Positions 1 to 10,555 of a stretch of DNA of 36,172 bases are shown here, piece by piece. The notes beneath the pieces were generated by a model, which was not told where the DNA came from, did no database searches, and saw only the letters and a list, made by a program, of their open reading frames with translations. This DNA is from a virus (Duplodnaviria > Caudoviricetes). Made by a program: the position numbers and the translations under genes. The stretch is taken from positions 1 through 36,172 of IMG/VR virus record IMGVR_UViG_3300022936_000190. One strand, given 5' to 3'. Within the stretch, counting starts at the first letter, position 1, and each line of letters begins with the position of its first letter.

Positions 1-398
1 TGGCTAACGCTGCTGTTGACGGAGCTCACCGATAAGGCAAACGGATCGATGTGCCAATAGCAATTTCTGTCTGCGCGGTTAGTATCCTGAGTTATATGAT
101 TACCTAATACTTGCGATCATTGTTCAAATCGGACGCACATATCTTCTTTTCACTGAGGTAGGCGTTTTGAGGGTATGGATACTGAAATCTATTGTCAGAG
201 CGGCAATTAAAATTTGGCGGCACTCTGATTGACGCCCAACCACAGACGCGTCCACCGGGGCTTGGGAAATGGCCGATGGAATGGTCGGGCTGGGAATACC
301 GTCAGGGCTGATCAAACAGAGGAAAACGACGCTGGGTACTGGTCCGCTATTAAGTAGTCGGTCACGCATTAACAATTTGATTTATGGTCCCGACTTAA

Positions 399-1148
399 CT
401 AGAGCACAACCTCGCCTCTGACAGCAGCCCTCGCCTTGGCTTGAGTATATAGAGCAGTCATTCCAGCGGTGTTGACCGTCGCTGGAATGTGGAGACATTC
501 AGCCACCTCAAGCGTCGCCGTATAACTGCCGGCGATATAGCGATTGCCAATCGACCGACGTCGAGATGACGGAACGCGCGCTGCTGCAGAAGTCGATAGC
601 GTGCCGTCGCAAATCTTGATCCGTACCGATGTGGCGTCCTCGGTGATCACGGCACATAGCCAGTCACCGTCAACGGCAGCGCCGGGGCGGCTGACGGTAA
701 CTGGGGCGGCGCCGGGGCGCACCAACTGCTGCAAGTTGCCAGCATTGTTTCTGAGATACCAACCTGCCGCCGTGTCTCCGGCGCTTGAGTAATCGCCCAT
801 GATGACCGAGCTGTTAGCCCCGGTGTATTTGAATACGATCACGCAGGTCTGGGCCGCTTGATCGACCCATGGGCATACCAGCCCATACTGGCCCGCAGGA
901 ATGACCAGAGACTTCGCATTGAGGACGGGCGACCCTGCTGAGCCGTCGACGGCCACGGGGGCGAACCCGCCGCCGCCGGCCTGGTCAATCAAGGAAAATA
1001 GATCAGTGCCAAACTGCGCATGGCAATCGGCAGTGACCTCCACCGGGAAGCGCTGCACGACCGGCTTGCGCTCGCCGAGTGCAATTGTCCCAAGGTTGGT
1101 CGGCGTGGTGATGATGGGCAGAACAACGAGAGGGTTTTTAACGGGCAT
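399..1148 (-). CDS. Tail-associated protein, probable LamG/concanavalin A-like beta-sandwich
   Basis: 249 aa, beta-rich, starts 3 nt after the tail-spike stop; DGDWLCAVIT, SIGNRY and LEVAECLHI segments resemble LamG-like folds. Confidence 0.55.
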   Translation of the reverse strand: MPVKNPLVVLPIITTPTNLGTIALGERKPVVQRFPVEVTADCHAQFGTDLFSLIDQAGGGGFAPVAVDGSAGSPVLNAKSLVIPAGQYGLVCPWVDQAAQTCVIVFKYTGANSSVIMGDYSSAGDTAAGWYLRNNAGNLQQLVRPGAAPVTVSRPGAAVDGDWLCAVITEDATSVRIKICDGTLSTSAAARVPSSRRRSIGNRYIAGSYTATLEVAECLHIPATVNTAGMTALYTQAKARAAVRGEVVL

Positions 1149-1151
1149 GGC

Positions 1152-3380
1152 TCAGCCTTGCAAAAAGAGAACGGGAAGTTCGTAGGAGGGAGACACGCTG
1201 ATGAGTGGCCGAGCCACGCCGTTGACAAGGGCGCTTTCAGTGGCGCTGTCTCGCACGTTGCATGTCCTCGCGGTGAGCAGGCTGATCGACGATCCGATGT
1301 AGTCGAGACCGATGCGCCCTGTGGCGCCAGCAAGCGGCACGGCAGCGGGAACGCCAGAAATCTCATCAGGCGCGGTGACGCGAATGTCGCTGAGGGCAAT
1401 CAAGCCACCACTGTCTTTGAGGGACAGCCCGTATTGAGAGGTGACGCCGCCGATTGATGGGTCCAGCACGAGGGGTTCGACCGGCACACGCCACTTGAAC
1501 CGCGCCCGGGTGCCGTCATAAATGCACGACAGCGGCTCAAGCCATTGCGGCACAGCCTGCTCGATCTCGATCTGCTGCTTGGCACGGCCAAAATAGCAAC
1601 CAAGCCACTTGTACCCCGTCCGATCCAAATGACTTTCGCTGCCAGTGTGCGGCAGGTGAAACGTGGGGCCGGCGAAATAGAAGTGCGGCTCTGTCTTGGC
1701 CAGATCGACTTGGGCAAGCGCGATATCCGGGCTGATGCTCAAACCATACTCGGTCTGCACCATGATCAAAGCGACAGTGCCATTGCCGGGGATTACCGAC
1801 TGGATGTAGGTTTGAGCCTTGAGGCGATAGGCTTTGAGCGCGGTTTTGTATGCGGCTCTGGTGGTGCCCAGATCGACGTCGGCGTTACCCTGCACCCAGA
1901 ACATGCAGGGGATGACGCGGGACTTGCCGGCAGCTGTTGCCAAAGCTACAAACGCGTCGACCTGATCGCGCAACAACTGAAACCAGGCATCGTCGGTCAG
2001 CTGGGCGATAGAGTACCCAGTATGCCCAGCGGTAAAAGCAAAATTCACGTAATCGGCTGCCTGGACCACCTGCCCGCGCACGATCGCGCGCTCGACCGCA
2101 TAATTGACTAGGCCCGAACATGGCGTTTCACCAGCCGTCCCGCCTTCTGCACGCGTCAGCTTCTCTACCAGCGGGATCGCAGTCGACACGCCTGGCGCAT
2201 TAGTCACCCCGACCGAGCCAGCCTTGGATGAACTTGGCCCGGAGCCAAAGGTCAGGTTAGCAAAAGGCTGCGTGGTGGAGATCACACCGTTGGCACTTTC
2301 ACCAACGGTAAGGGATTGCCCAGCCAGCAGGGCGCCTATCCATGCAGCCGTGGTGTTGATCAGGTCGCCAGCTTTCAACGGAAGCGGGGCTCGGACGATG
2401 CGAGGATAACCCGCAGATACATTCCCCTCGGAGGCATCATAGCGCTGCAGAATGTTGCCGGCCAAATCCGTGGTCAGTACCTGGCTCGGACCTTCATAGG
2501 TCCACATGTTTTTGAGATCGGTATTGTTGAGAGCGACGTTGACGATGTCGGCGTAGAACGGGTCGCTGGAGTCCAGCGCGCTATAGATTTTGCCGTTCAC
2601 AGACTTCTGAATGACATTGCCCAACAGGTCGACAACGGTGACACCGTTGGCGCCAACGTATTCATATTGATCAGTCGCGGAGGAAGCACTGAGCTGCTCC
2701 ATGACCAACACTTCACTGGTGCTCGACAGCCGCTTGTAAAGTCGGAACGAAACCGGGCCAGAGCCAAGAACCTTGAAATAAGCATCTGGGCCGGAGATCG
2801 CCGAAGAGGCTCCGCGACCCGCGGCAATATCCGGATAAATGGTTCCGCCGGCTAAAGCCCCTTCAGCCGCCAATTCTGCGCGAGTAGCATCGGTACTAGC
2901 CGAGGCGGCCGCAGGGACAGCAAGGTCGCGGGCAGCCGTGGCTTCGTTGGCTTTCGCTTCTGCTCGGTTGGCGTCGATCTCGGCATAGGCTTCACTCTGC
3001 GACGCCGACACCATCGACGCTTCGGCATTCGCCGCCGCCGCATTTGCCGCGGCAAGCTGCTCTGCTGTAAACGGGATACCGTCAGCTAGCAGCCGGATAT
3101 TCTCGACGACGGCTTCCTGCAGCTCGCTGCGGTCACCCCAGCCCATAGGCATGTGCTGAACAATATACGGCAAGCCCGACCCAGTTTCACCTTCCCACGC
3201 CCGGGCCAGCTCGAAATGGGTGCTATCGGTCAGGGTTTCGATGGCATTGCGATAGCCACCGACGATGCCGATGTCGTCGCCTGGCTTCATGTTGAACGAG
3301 ATCGACAGACCACCGGTCAGGGTCACGGTCGTGCTGCCGTTGGTCACCGCAACGGTGCCGGTCGAATAGGTATTAGCCAT
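1152..3380 (-). CDS. Tail spike/receptor-binding protein with SGNH (sialate O-acetylesterase-like) domain
   Basis: N-terminal YSTGTVAVTNGSTTVT tail-attachment segment, Ala-rich coiled coil, then GQSL, AGHTGYSIAQL, FWVQGNAD and ESHL blocks. ATG at 3380 preferred over TTG at 3404. Confidence 0.75.
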   Translation of the reverse strand: MANTYSTGTVAVTNGSTTVTLTGGLSISFNMKPGDDIGIVGGYRNAIETLTDSTHFELARAWEGETGSGLPYIVQHMPMGWGDRSELQEAVVENIRLLADGIPFTAEQLAAANAAAANAEASMVSASQSEAYAEIDANRAEAKANEATAARDLAVPAAASASTDATRAELAAEGALAGGTIYPDIAAGRGASSAISGPDAYFKVLGSGPVSFRLYKRLSSTSEVLVMEQLSASSATDQYEYVGANGVTVVDLLGNVIQKSVNGKIYSALDSSDPFYADIVNVALNNTDLKNMWTYEGPSQVLTTDLAGNILQRYDASEGNVSAGYPRIVRAPLPLKAGDLINTTAAWIGALLAGQSLTVGESANGVISTTQPFANLTFGSGPSSSKAGSVGVTNAPGVSTAIPLVEKLTRAEGGTAGETPCSGLVNYAVERAIVRGQVVQAADYVNFAFTAGHTGYSIAQLTDDAWFQLLRDQVDAFVALATAAGKSRVIPCMFWVQGNADVDLGTTRAAYKTALKAYRLKAQTYIQSVIPGNGTVALIMVQTEYGLSISPDIALAQVDLAKTEPHFYFAGPTFHLPHTGSESHLDRTGYKWLGCYFGRAKQQIEIEQAVPQWLEPLSCIYDGTRARFKWRVPVEPLVLDPSIGGVTSQYGLSLKDSGGLIALSDIRVTAPDEISGVPAAVPLAGATGRIGLDYIGSSISLLTARTCNVRDSATESALVNGVARPLISVSPSYELPVLFLQG

Positions 3381-3402
3381 GTGGTAGTTTCCGGTGGTCA
3401 AC

Positions 3403-3424
3403 AAAAAGCCCGCACGAAGCGGGC
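3403..3424 (-). terminator. Rho-independent terminator/attenuator upstream of tail spike
   Basis: GCCCGC-TTCGT-GCGGGC hairpin followed by TTTTT on the minus strand. Confidence 0.7.
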
Positions 3425-3427
3425 CGG

Positions 3428-3838
3428 TTAGTTCCAGTGGTGGTCGGCGGCGAAATCAGGCGGTATGGGCTTTATGGCTTCGATCCGATGCGAGGCGGCA
3501 ATGATGGCCTCGATGAAGGCATGCATGTCGTCGCGCTCAACGCCGCCGCGCAGCATGATCGTGTTCTGCTTGCCCAAGGGATAGAGGGCAATGATCCGCC
3601 GCTCGGCCTCGGCTTGGACGTCGCTCACCGCCGCAAGCGTCTCTGTCTGAGGACGCTCGACGAGCACATCGCCTGGCATGTAGAACCGGCTGCTGTCGGC
3701 CTGCCACTCCTCCCAATCGAACTCGATGAGCGTGGCATCGTCGTCCACGAACTCAGCAGGGTATTCAATGTCGGGTGGAGTGGTGACGAACTTGCGGATC
3801 AGCCCCGTTGCCGTTTCCTTCATGACATATCTGGGCAT
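3428..3838 (-). CDS. Phage tail (fibre assembly-like) hypothetical protein
   Basis: 136 aa directly after J-like gene; C-terminal AEAERRI...IPPDFAADHHW pattern typical of tail-region proteins. Confidence 0.6.
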   Translation of the reverse strand: MPRYVMKETATGLIRKFVTTPPDIEYPAEFVDDDATLIEFDWEEWQADSSRFYMPGDVLVERPQTETLAAVSDVQAEAERRIIALYPLGKQNTIMLRGGVERDDMHAFIEAIIAASHRIEAIKPIPPDFAADHHWN

Positions 3839-3840
3839 AG

Positions 3841-6747
3841 CTACTTCTTCATCACGAGGGCGATGATGCCGCGGTTGAAATGCCTCGAGTCATCACCGGT
3901 GACCAGCATGTCGTATGTGTGCCAACCGGCGCCTGGATAGTCCGGCTTCTGAAAGAAGATGTGAGCTTGCGTGTTGCCCGCGCCGCCGACGGCAAAACGA
4001 CTGTTCTTTTCCTGCAGCTGGCCACCGTCGCGCCTGAGCCTGACATATGTTCGTGTGGCGTCGCTGCTACCCATGCGCTCCATGGCCGTGCCAGCAAGAA
4101 TGTAAACTTTGGTCTCTGGTGTTGGCACGAACACGGCACAGGACAGGATCACCGTGTTGGACGAATAGACCTCAAATTGGCCATCATCGCTGGCTGAGTA
4201 ATCATCGCTGATCGCGTTGTTTTTGATCTTCTCGCTGCCAACCGTCAGGATACCAATCACGGCCTCTTTGATGTTGACCACGCCGCCTGTGATATAAAAC
4301 GGGCTGTCGATGACGTTGCCGCTGTCGTCCAACATGTAGAACGACGTGGCCTTCACTGCCCAAGCGCGGGTGCCATTCGAGTTCAACAAAATGTAGGTGC
4401 CGACCTCGTAGCTTTGACCGCCCGCCGAGACGCGAGCGATATCGGCTATCTTGACTTCCCACCCGGACGGGCCTGCACTGGCGACAGTAGATCGCAGCCC
4501 ACCGGCAGTGATCCCTCCGACCTGCACCTGCACTTCTTGAACGAGAGAGGCCGTCGCGCTACTGGCCGTTGACAGTGCTTGCAGCTGCTGCGCTACGAAC
4601 GCAGCATTATTATTGAAGTTGGTTTCCAGGAGCTGGATCAGCGTGCCAAGAGCCTGATCGGCGTCGACCAGCACCGTCACTTGCTCGAGGAAATACGCGC
4701 GGTCCTGGTTCTGCTTTGCTTCTAGCTCCCGCCGCTCGGTGTAGGCCACCGTCGTAGCGTTGATTTCAGTCGCTGCCAGCTTGGCCAGCCGGTCATATAG
4801 CTCCTGCAAACGTTCTGACAGCGAGCCCTCGCCCATACCGGTAATGACGCCGAGGACGTTGCCAAATTCCTCGTCGATCTCGTAGAGCGACAACCGAACG
4901 TCTGGCAGTGTCACCGCTTGGCGGGTTGACCATTCGGTCTTGCGAGACGTGAAAGGCACATACTTGCCAGATACCTCCACCGCCATGTTCGCCACAAAGG
5001 ACTGGCTGAAGATGGGCTGCGAAGCCTCACCTTCCACATCGACGCGGTAAGGCATGGCGTCGTTTTCGAAGAACGGCAGTTCGGCGCCGGGGCGATAAAC
5101 TCGCACGGCAAAGTACTGCACGTCATCCATGCCGCCCTGGTAGAACCCTTCAATGCCGGGACGGCGTGCATTCTCGCCATTGTCGCGGAACACGTAGGGC
5201 GCGAAGCTGATGCCCGTGGCTGGCTGGGTCGGCGGATAGATCGTCTGGATCGGGCCGACGGTCCAAGGCTGATAGGCACTTGCGGGAGGATCGAAGTCAG
5301 ACGGGTCGATCTCGCGCAGCGTCATGGTCTGCACGAAGGTCCGACGGCCCTGCATCTGCAGGATCTCGAACTGCTTGCCGCTGTAGCCTTCGGCGAGGAT
5401 CGTACCGTCGATCATATCGCCGGGCTCAAGCAACCAAGTGATGGGATGAAAGCTGGCCGAGAACACACGGAAACGGCGACCATCGACCAGATAGCTGTAC
5501 GAGAGCCGCTGCACCTGCTCATTGCGGTGCACCATTGGAAACGACAGTCCCGCAGACAGCCTGCGGTTGCCGTCAGCGGCGATATAGGCGGCATTGGTTT
5601 GTACCGGCGCGGCCTTGGTGCCCCAAGCCTCACCGGGCTCCGCATACGATGCTTCAACGGTGTTATGCGTCTGCTCCAACCCCGGAAACGGCGTGATGGT
5701 TCGTGGATCGGTGATGAGGATGTCGGCCTCACCAAACGAATAGACGGACGTTGCTGGTGCACCGCAGCGTGGCTTGTATGAGCCCGCGCTTTCGATGAAG
5801 CGACCCATGGACGATCGGGCGATATCCTCGAGAACCGATGCCGGCTCCATATCGACGGTGATCTCGCCGCCGATGGTAAATTGGCGCTGATTGCCCCAGG
5901 TCGCAAGGACGCGATCGGCTTCGTTCATGGCCGCGATCCAAGCCGATAGCGGCAGGCGCATGGACGGCAGGTTCTGCAGGCCCCACAGCCATTCGGAGCC
6001 GACATAGACGCCCATGAAGGCGACGTTGTACCCGATTACATACGGGTTCTCGCTCCACTCCCAGGTGGCAGGATTATTCCGGCGATGAACGCCCGAGCCG
6101 CCGGCCGAACTGTCCTTGCGGACGTCATAGAGGCGGAGCCCGCGGACCTCGAACAGCAGCTTCGGAGCGCCGTTCTGCCAGAGCTCGCGGTTGTATCGCG
6201 TCGTGACCACGGCATAGGGCGTGCCATCGCCCACCATGTCCGCATCATAGGGGCGCTCGGCATTGCTGCCGAATTTGGCGCGCATGTAAGGGTCAGGCCC
6301 TGTCTGGCGCCCGTCGTAGATCTTGACCCACAGGTGGTCTTTGCCATCCACTCGACCAACGCTAATCGGGAAGCCGTAGTCGGGGTGGGCTTCGCCGGTA
6401 TAAACGGTGGCGCGCTCGCCATTGGCATAGATGCCGCTGAGACCATCGATCGGCGCGTTAGCAAGTTCGAGGACATCAGCGAAATAGGCATTGGGCGTCT
6501 CACCACCGTGGCCCCATGAGCCGGCATAGGTCCGATGCCCAGCCGTGGCCGACAAGCCGACGTGGAACGATAGCGGGCTATCCCCGCCCAGTTGCATGGT
6601 GAGCGATACGCCGGCGTCGCGAGGGCCTTCTGGCTGCGGAGCCAGCGCCGACATGAGCATACTCGCGCCGACCGACAATGCCGTGGAGACCAGCATCTGC
6701 CCGATAAACGGCAGCGCTGCTCCAACTATCGGGGCGAGAAATGGCAT
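3841..6747 (-). CDS. Tail tip/host-specificity protein (gpJ-like)
   Basis: 968 aa; GLRLYDVRKDSSAGGSGVHRRNNPATWEWSENP motif, LEPGD motif, coiled-coil stalk, variable C-terminus. Confidence 0.85.
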   Translation of the reverse strand: MPFLAPIVGAALPFIGQMLVSTALSVGASMLMSALAPQPEGPRDAGVSLTMQLGGDSPLSFHVGLSATAGHRTYAGSWGHGGETPNAYFADVLELANAPIDGLSGIYANGERATVYTGEAHPDYGFPISVGRVDGKDHLWVKIYDGRQTGPDPYMRAKFGSNAERPYDADMVGDGTPYAVVTTRYNRELWQNGAPKLLFEVRGLRLYDVRKDSSAGGSGVHRRNNPATWEWSENPYVIGYNVAFMGVYVGSEWLWGLQNLPSMRLPLSAWIAAMNEADRVLATWGNQRQFTIGGEITVDMEPASVLEDIARSSMGRFIESAGSYKPRCGAPATSVYSFGEADILITDPRTITPFPGLEQTHNTVEASYAEPGEAWGTKAAPVQTNAAYIAADGNRRLSAGLSFPMVHRNEQVQRLSYSYLVDGRRFRVFSASFHPITWLLEPGDMIDGTILAEGYSGKQFEILQMQGRRTFVQTMTLREIDPSDFDPPASAYQPWTVGPIQTIYPPTQPATGISFAPYVFRDNGENARRPGIEGFYQGGMDDVQYFAVRVYRPGAELPFFENDAMPYRVDVEGEASQPIFSQSFVANMAVEVSGKYVPFTSRKTEWSTRQAVTLPDVRLSLYEIDEEFGNVLGVITGMGEGSLSERLQELYDRLAKLAATEINATTVAYTERRELEAKQNQDRAYFLEQVTVLVDADQALGTLIQLLETNFNNNAAFVAQQLQALSTASSATASLVQEVQVQVGGITAGGLRSTVASAGPSGWEVKIADIARVSAGGQSYEVGTYILLNSNGTRAWAVKATSFYMLDDSGNVIDSPFYITGGVVNIKEAVIGILTVGSEKIKNNAISDDYSASDDGQFEVYSSNTVILSCAVFVPTPETKVYILAGTAMERMGSSDATRTYVRLRRDGGQLQEKNSRFAVGGAGNTQAHIFFQKPDYPGAGWHTYDMLVTGDDSRHFNRGIIALVMKK

Positions 6748-6750
6748 GGA

Positions 6751-7164
6751 TTAAACCTTGAAGGCGCGGGTTGCTTCGGAGCGGTCGCGGGTATCGACGC
6801 CGGTGGGCGTCACCACTAGAATTCGTTCGCCATTGAGGATGCCCAGCGAGAAGCCGAATGCATCTTTGGTCGGAATGGCCATGACGTCGCCGATCTGGGC
6901 AAAGACAGGCGCGTCGTGCTCGTCGAGAAACTGGGCAGCGAAGTCAGCCATGTTGGCCGTCCCTGCCCGCTTGACGATGCCCAAGGCTCCACGGGCAGTC
7001 TTGTAACGGCCTCGGTGCGGCTTGGCATGGTCGGTGTCCGTCATTGCCTTCACAGCTCCTGCAACGAACAGCCAGCAGTCCTGAGAGCCAAAGGCATAGG
7101 GTCGCGTGCGAAGCCCGGCCACATAGTCGCCGAGCCGCTTCCGCCAGTCCTCTTTGCGGGTCAT
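6751..7164 (-). CDS. Tail assembly protein, NlpC/P60-like (gpK-like)
   Basis: PYAFGSQDCWLFVA and AQIGDV motifs; position just upstream of J. Confidence 0.8.
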   Translation of the reverse strand: MTRKEDWRKRLGDYVAGLRTRPYAFGSQDCWLFVAGAVKAMTDTDHAKPHRGRYKTARGALGIVKRAGTANMADFAAQFLDEHDAPVFAQIGDVMAIPTKDAFGFSLGILNGERILVVTPTGVDTRDRSEATRAFKV

Positions 7165-7832
7165 TTTTTGCTACCTAGAAGCCCGCGTTTCTTTGGCACG
7201 GCAGCCTCGCCGCCTTCTGCGGACTGGCCCCATGGAATGATCCAGTCGCCGGCCACTCCGATGTATTTGTGGAACCCGTCATTGCCCCGCGTCCGCTGAT
7301 GGGCGTCGGAGCGCTTGGCCGGATTGGACCGCGTCAACTGGCGCGTGTCTGACACCAGATCGAACTTGATCCCGCCCTCGCCGCCAGCCGCCGGCACCTG
7401 TTTCGGAGCGCCGTTCAATTCGCCGACGAACTCGAGCAGCATGCTTACCTGATTGCGCGTGTCAGGATCGAACAGGGCCTGGAACACCGCGACCTGAGCG
7501 AGGCGCATGTCGTGGCCGGTCCACATGTCCAGCACACCCTGATGGATGGCGGACATGGTGAGAGATTTGCGACGGATCGACAGGTCGGACGTTCGCGGCG
7601 TTTCGCCGACGTCGAGCACTGCCCCGCCGCCTACCATTGGCAGGCTTATTGATGTCCCGGTCCATGGCGATACGAACGTGCCGGTCTCGGTGTCGTGCTC
7701 GGTCCAGAACGCGAATGTCCTCGCCTCGCCGGCATAGGTCCGCACGTTCCAGATCGACACGTCCGCCTCGATCAGGCCACGGGTGTCCGCGCCCTGCAGA
7801 AGGGCGACGGTCTGAGCATCAGCATTTTTCAT
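7161..7832 (-). CDS. Tail/baseplate hub protein (gpL-like position)
   Basis: 223 aa, C-terminal KRSDAHQRTRGNDGF...WG motif; ATGA overlap with next gene. Confidence 0.65.
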   Translation of the reverse strand: MKNADAQTVALLQGADTRGLIEADVSIWNVRTYAGEARTFAFWTEHDTETGTFVSPWTGTSISLPMVGGGAVLDVGETPRTSDLSIRRKSLTMSAIHQGVLDMWTGHDMRLAQVAVFQALFDPDTRNQVSMLLEFVGELNGAPKQVPAAGGEGGIKFDLVSDTRQLTRSNPAKRSDAHQRTRGNDGFHKYIGVAGDWIIPWGQSAEGGEAAVPKKRGLLGSKK

Positions 7833-7835
7833 GGA

Positions 7836-8489
7836 TCAGATCAGCTTTTGGATAGCGGAGAAGGTGAACCGCTGATGCAGCGCACCGCTCTGCTGAGGCT
7901 TGTAGGTGCCGGGGATCAGCTTCGCCCGCATGGTAGCCGGCGCAAGATAGACAGGGTCGCCAACGGCTGCCCCTGCCCGAATGAAGGTGGTTAGCTCGAC
8001 CAGCGGCGTAAGCCCGCCTGATAAGGCTGCAACGTCACCACCGAGCCTATGGAAGGCGCGGCGCTTCTGGTCCGTCGGGCCATAGTCGAACGCAACCATA
8101 TCGCCGCGGGAGAGAACATAGCCGTTTGGCAGCCCCGTGATCCGCAACTCGCGATTGTTCGACGCCAGCGTGTGGATCGTTGGCGTAGCGCTGCCCAAGA
8201 TCGCGCCGGACTTGTCCATGCGTGGCCCGATCTTGCGCGGGTTGGCGATGTAAAAGTCACGACCCGGTGCTTCGAGCATTTCGAACAGCGCCGCGATGCT
8301 TTCCGCGGCATCATTCGGTATCGGTCCGGTGGTGCCGTCGAAGCGCCAGAGCGGCGATGCCAGTTCGGCGCTAAGCGGAGCATTGGGCAGGCCGGATACC
8401 TGATCATTGCGGGATAGCGAGAACATGCCATCCTCAAGGCCGACCAAGGCCATGAAGGCATCGAAGGACAGAGGGAACGATAGTGCCAT
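7836..8489 (-). CDS. Distal tail protein (Dit-like)
   Basis: Follows tape measure with TGATG overlap; GLPNGYVLSRGD motif. Confidence 0.65.
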   Translation of the reverse strand: MALSFPLSFDAFMALVGLEDGMFSLSRNDQVSGLPNAPLSAELASPLWRFDGTTGPIPNDAAESIAALFEMLEAPGRDFYIANPRKIGPRMDKSGAILGSATPTIHTLASNNRELRITGLPNGYVLSRGDMVAFDYGPTDQKRRAFHRLGGDVAALSGGLTPLVELTTFIRAGAAVGDPVYLAPATMRAKLIPGTYKPQQSGALHQRFTFSAIQKLI

Positions 8490-10555
8490 CACCAGCCCCC
8501 ATCAGCGGCGCGGGGGTCATTCTGCATAGTGCGGAACTTGGCCTCGACCTTGGGAGCAAGAGATGCATCATAGTCGCGAATGCCCGAAGCGATTGCACGG
8601 CCAAGCTGTTCTTCGGACATGCCCGACCCGTTGATGTGCACATGTAGATCGCCGCGGGGGTTGTCGTTGGCCTGATTTTGGTTAGCGGCCATAGACATAG
8701 ACTGACCGGTCGGGAAAACCTTGGAACCGCGAGGCAGATTGATGAGCTCGGGCCCTTTCTCGCCAACCCATGCCAGACCGCCAGGCGCATAGTTGGTGCC
8801 AACGGCGAAGCCGGGAATGCCAGTTTGGAACCCGAGCTTAAGGGCCGGGGCACCAACTGTGCCTCCCATGAAGTTGCCACCCCCGAACCCGCTTAGGACG
8901 CTGTTGAACAGCATGTCCCACAGGCTGTTGGTAGCCTTCTCCATCAGCTTGTTGGCGATCGTATCGAGGGCGTTTGAGGCCGCACTCGCAAAGCTGCCCC
9001 AAAGGCCCTTGCCCTCTGTGAGACCAGTCTTAAGGTCGGAGAAAAAGCTGCCAAACACGCCCTTGCCGAAATTGTAGATCTCGGTGATCTCCCGCGTAGC
9101 CTCTTGTGCAGATGCCATGGCTGTCGCCAGCATGTCGATTTCTTGCCGCTGGCTAGCAGTCAGATTGATGTTGTCGTTTGCTGCCTTGTTCATCATGTCT
9201 TGAGCAAACTTTAACCGCGATGCGGCTTCCTCGGTCATGCCCAGGCTACGAGCCTTTAGCTGCTCTGCCTCGATGAACTCGCGTGCACCTCTGGTGAGAT
9301 CTGCGTAAGCCTCAGCTTGCTTTGCCGCCTCCTTCGCAGCTTTGCTGCTTTCGTCTTTGGCTTTGCCCAGGCCGCCGGCGAGGTCGCGAAGAGCATCGGC
9401 GGCCCCGCTCGCGGCGTTCTGGACAAACTCAATGCCTGCGCCGACATAGTTCACCCCCTGGGCGTCACCGAACTCCTTTGCGATAATGGCCCCGACATTT
9501 GCACCCGCACCAGCGCTGGGGTTTTTCTCTGAGCTGGTGAACTTGATAGCCTCGACATTTATAGGCGCCAGCCCCATGCGAAACTGCTCGGGCACCAGGT
9601 TGATCAGGTCATTGATCGACGATGCGGCGTTTCTGACGATATTCTGGAAGCCAAGCGCGATCTCCTGGCCGACGTTCCACATCAATTCCTGAAATACGGC
9701 GCCAAGGTTGCCCCACACTGCTCCAATTGCGTTGAAGCCGCCCACAAAAAACCCAATGATGGCGTTGATGCCGCCTTGTGCGGCGCTGACCAAGTCGAAG
9801 CCCAGCACCTTACTGATTTGATCGCGGAATAGCAGAACAGCTGTGACGACGATTGCAAGACTGGCCACGATGAGGGTTAAGGGACTCGCTGCCGCGATCC
9901 ATGCAGCGATAAAAGAAGCCGCTGTCGTCATTGCAGCTGCTGCGATGCTTCCCAGGTAGGCGACCACACTGACTAGCCCGGCGACGATCGCTGGCGAGTA
10001 GATGATGGTCAGGGCTGCAGCAGCGCCAGCGGCATATGGTGCGATGATCTCCAGACCAGCAGCGACGCCTTGCAGGGCGCCTTTTGCAACGCCGGTCCAA
10101 TCAACCATCTGTAGTCCTGCCGCAGCAAGGGCCACGAAACCAATCGTCGCCAAACTAACTGGCGAGATGACCGACATAAATGCAGCGCCCATCGCCTGCA
10201 AAGCACCAGCGGCGCCCTTATCGCCAAAAGCCGCTGAGATCTGGGTGCCCTGCTGCAACGCGATTTGGAGGGGGCTCATTCCCATCGCCGAGGTCACGGC
10301 GATATCCTGGAACTGAGCTGCCAAGTTGGCGGTGCTGATGGAAGCCCCTTTCGTAGATGCAGCAAGGCGCTGATTAGCTGCTGCCGCAAGATCGGCAGCT
10401 TGGGCAACCTTGCCCATGCCCCCCGCAGATCGACTGCCGAGCGAAGCGATCGCAGCATCTGCCTGGCGAGCGCCGGCAGTCATCTTGTCGAGCGCAGCCG
10501 TCGAGCGATCAGCTCCACCCGTGTCTGCTCGGATGACGACGTTTAACAGATCCAC
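8489..10555 (-). CDS. Tail tape measure protein
   Basis: 688 aa, Ala/Gly-rich; NLAAQFQDIAV...PLQIALQQGTQI motif, hydrophobic stretch, C-terminal FAVGT...VGEKGPEL motif. Confidence 0.92.
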   Translation of the reverse strand: MDLLNVVIRADTGGADRSTAALDKMTAGARQADAAIASLGSRSAGGMGKVAQAADLAAAANQRLAASTKGASISTANLAAQFQDIAVTSAMGMSPLQIALQQGTQISAAFGDKGAAGALQAMGAAFMSVISPVSLATIGFVALAAAGLQMVDWTGVAKGALQGVAAGLEIIAPYAAGAAAALTIIYSPAIVAGLVSVVAYLGSIAAAAMTTAASFIAAWIAAASPLTLIVASLAIVVTAVLLFRDQISKVLGFDLVSAAQGGINAIIGFFVGGFNAIGAVWGNLGAVFQELMWNVGQEIALGFQNIVRNAASSINDLINLVPEQFRMGLAPINVEAIKFTSSEKNPSAGAGANVGAIIAKEFGDAQGVNYVGAGIEFVQNAASGAADALRDLAGGLGKAKDESSKAAKEAAKQAEAYADLTRGAREFIEAEQLKARSLGMTEEAASRLKFAQDMMNKAANDNINLTASQRQEIDMLATAMASAQEATREITEIYNFGKGVFGSFFSDLKTGLTEGKGLWGSFASAASNALDTIANKLMEKATNSLWDMLFNSVLSGFGGGNFMGGTVGAPALKLGFQTGIPGFAVGTNYAPGGLAWVGEKGPELINLPRGSKVFPTGQSMSMAANQNQANDNPRGDLHVHINGSGMSEEQLGRAIASGIRDYDASLAPKVEAKFRTMQNDPRAADGGW

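Noticed and set aside
124-375. 83-aa minus-strand ORF
   Set aside because: No RBS or recognisable motif; cannot be supported as a gene.
1152-6747. Diversity-generating retroelement or invertible tail cassette
   Set aside because: No reverse transcriptase, invertase or TR/VR repeat pair seen in the window.
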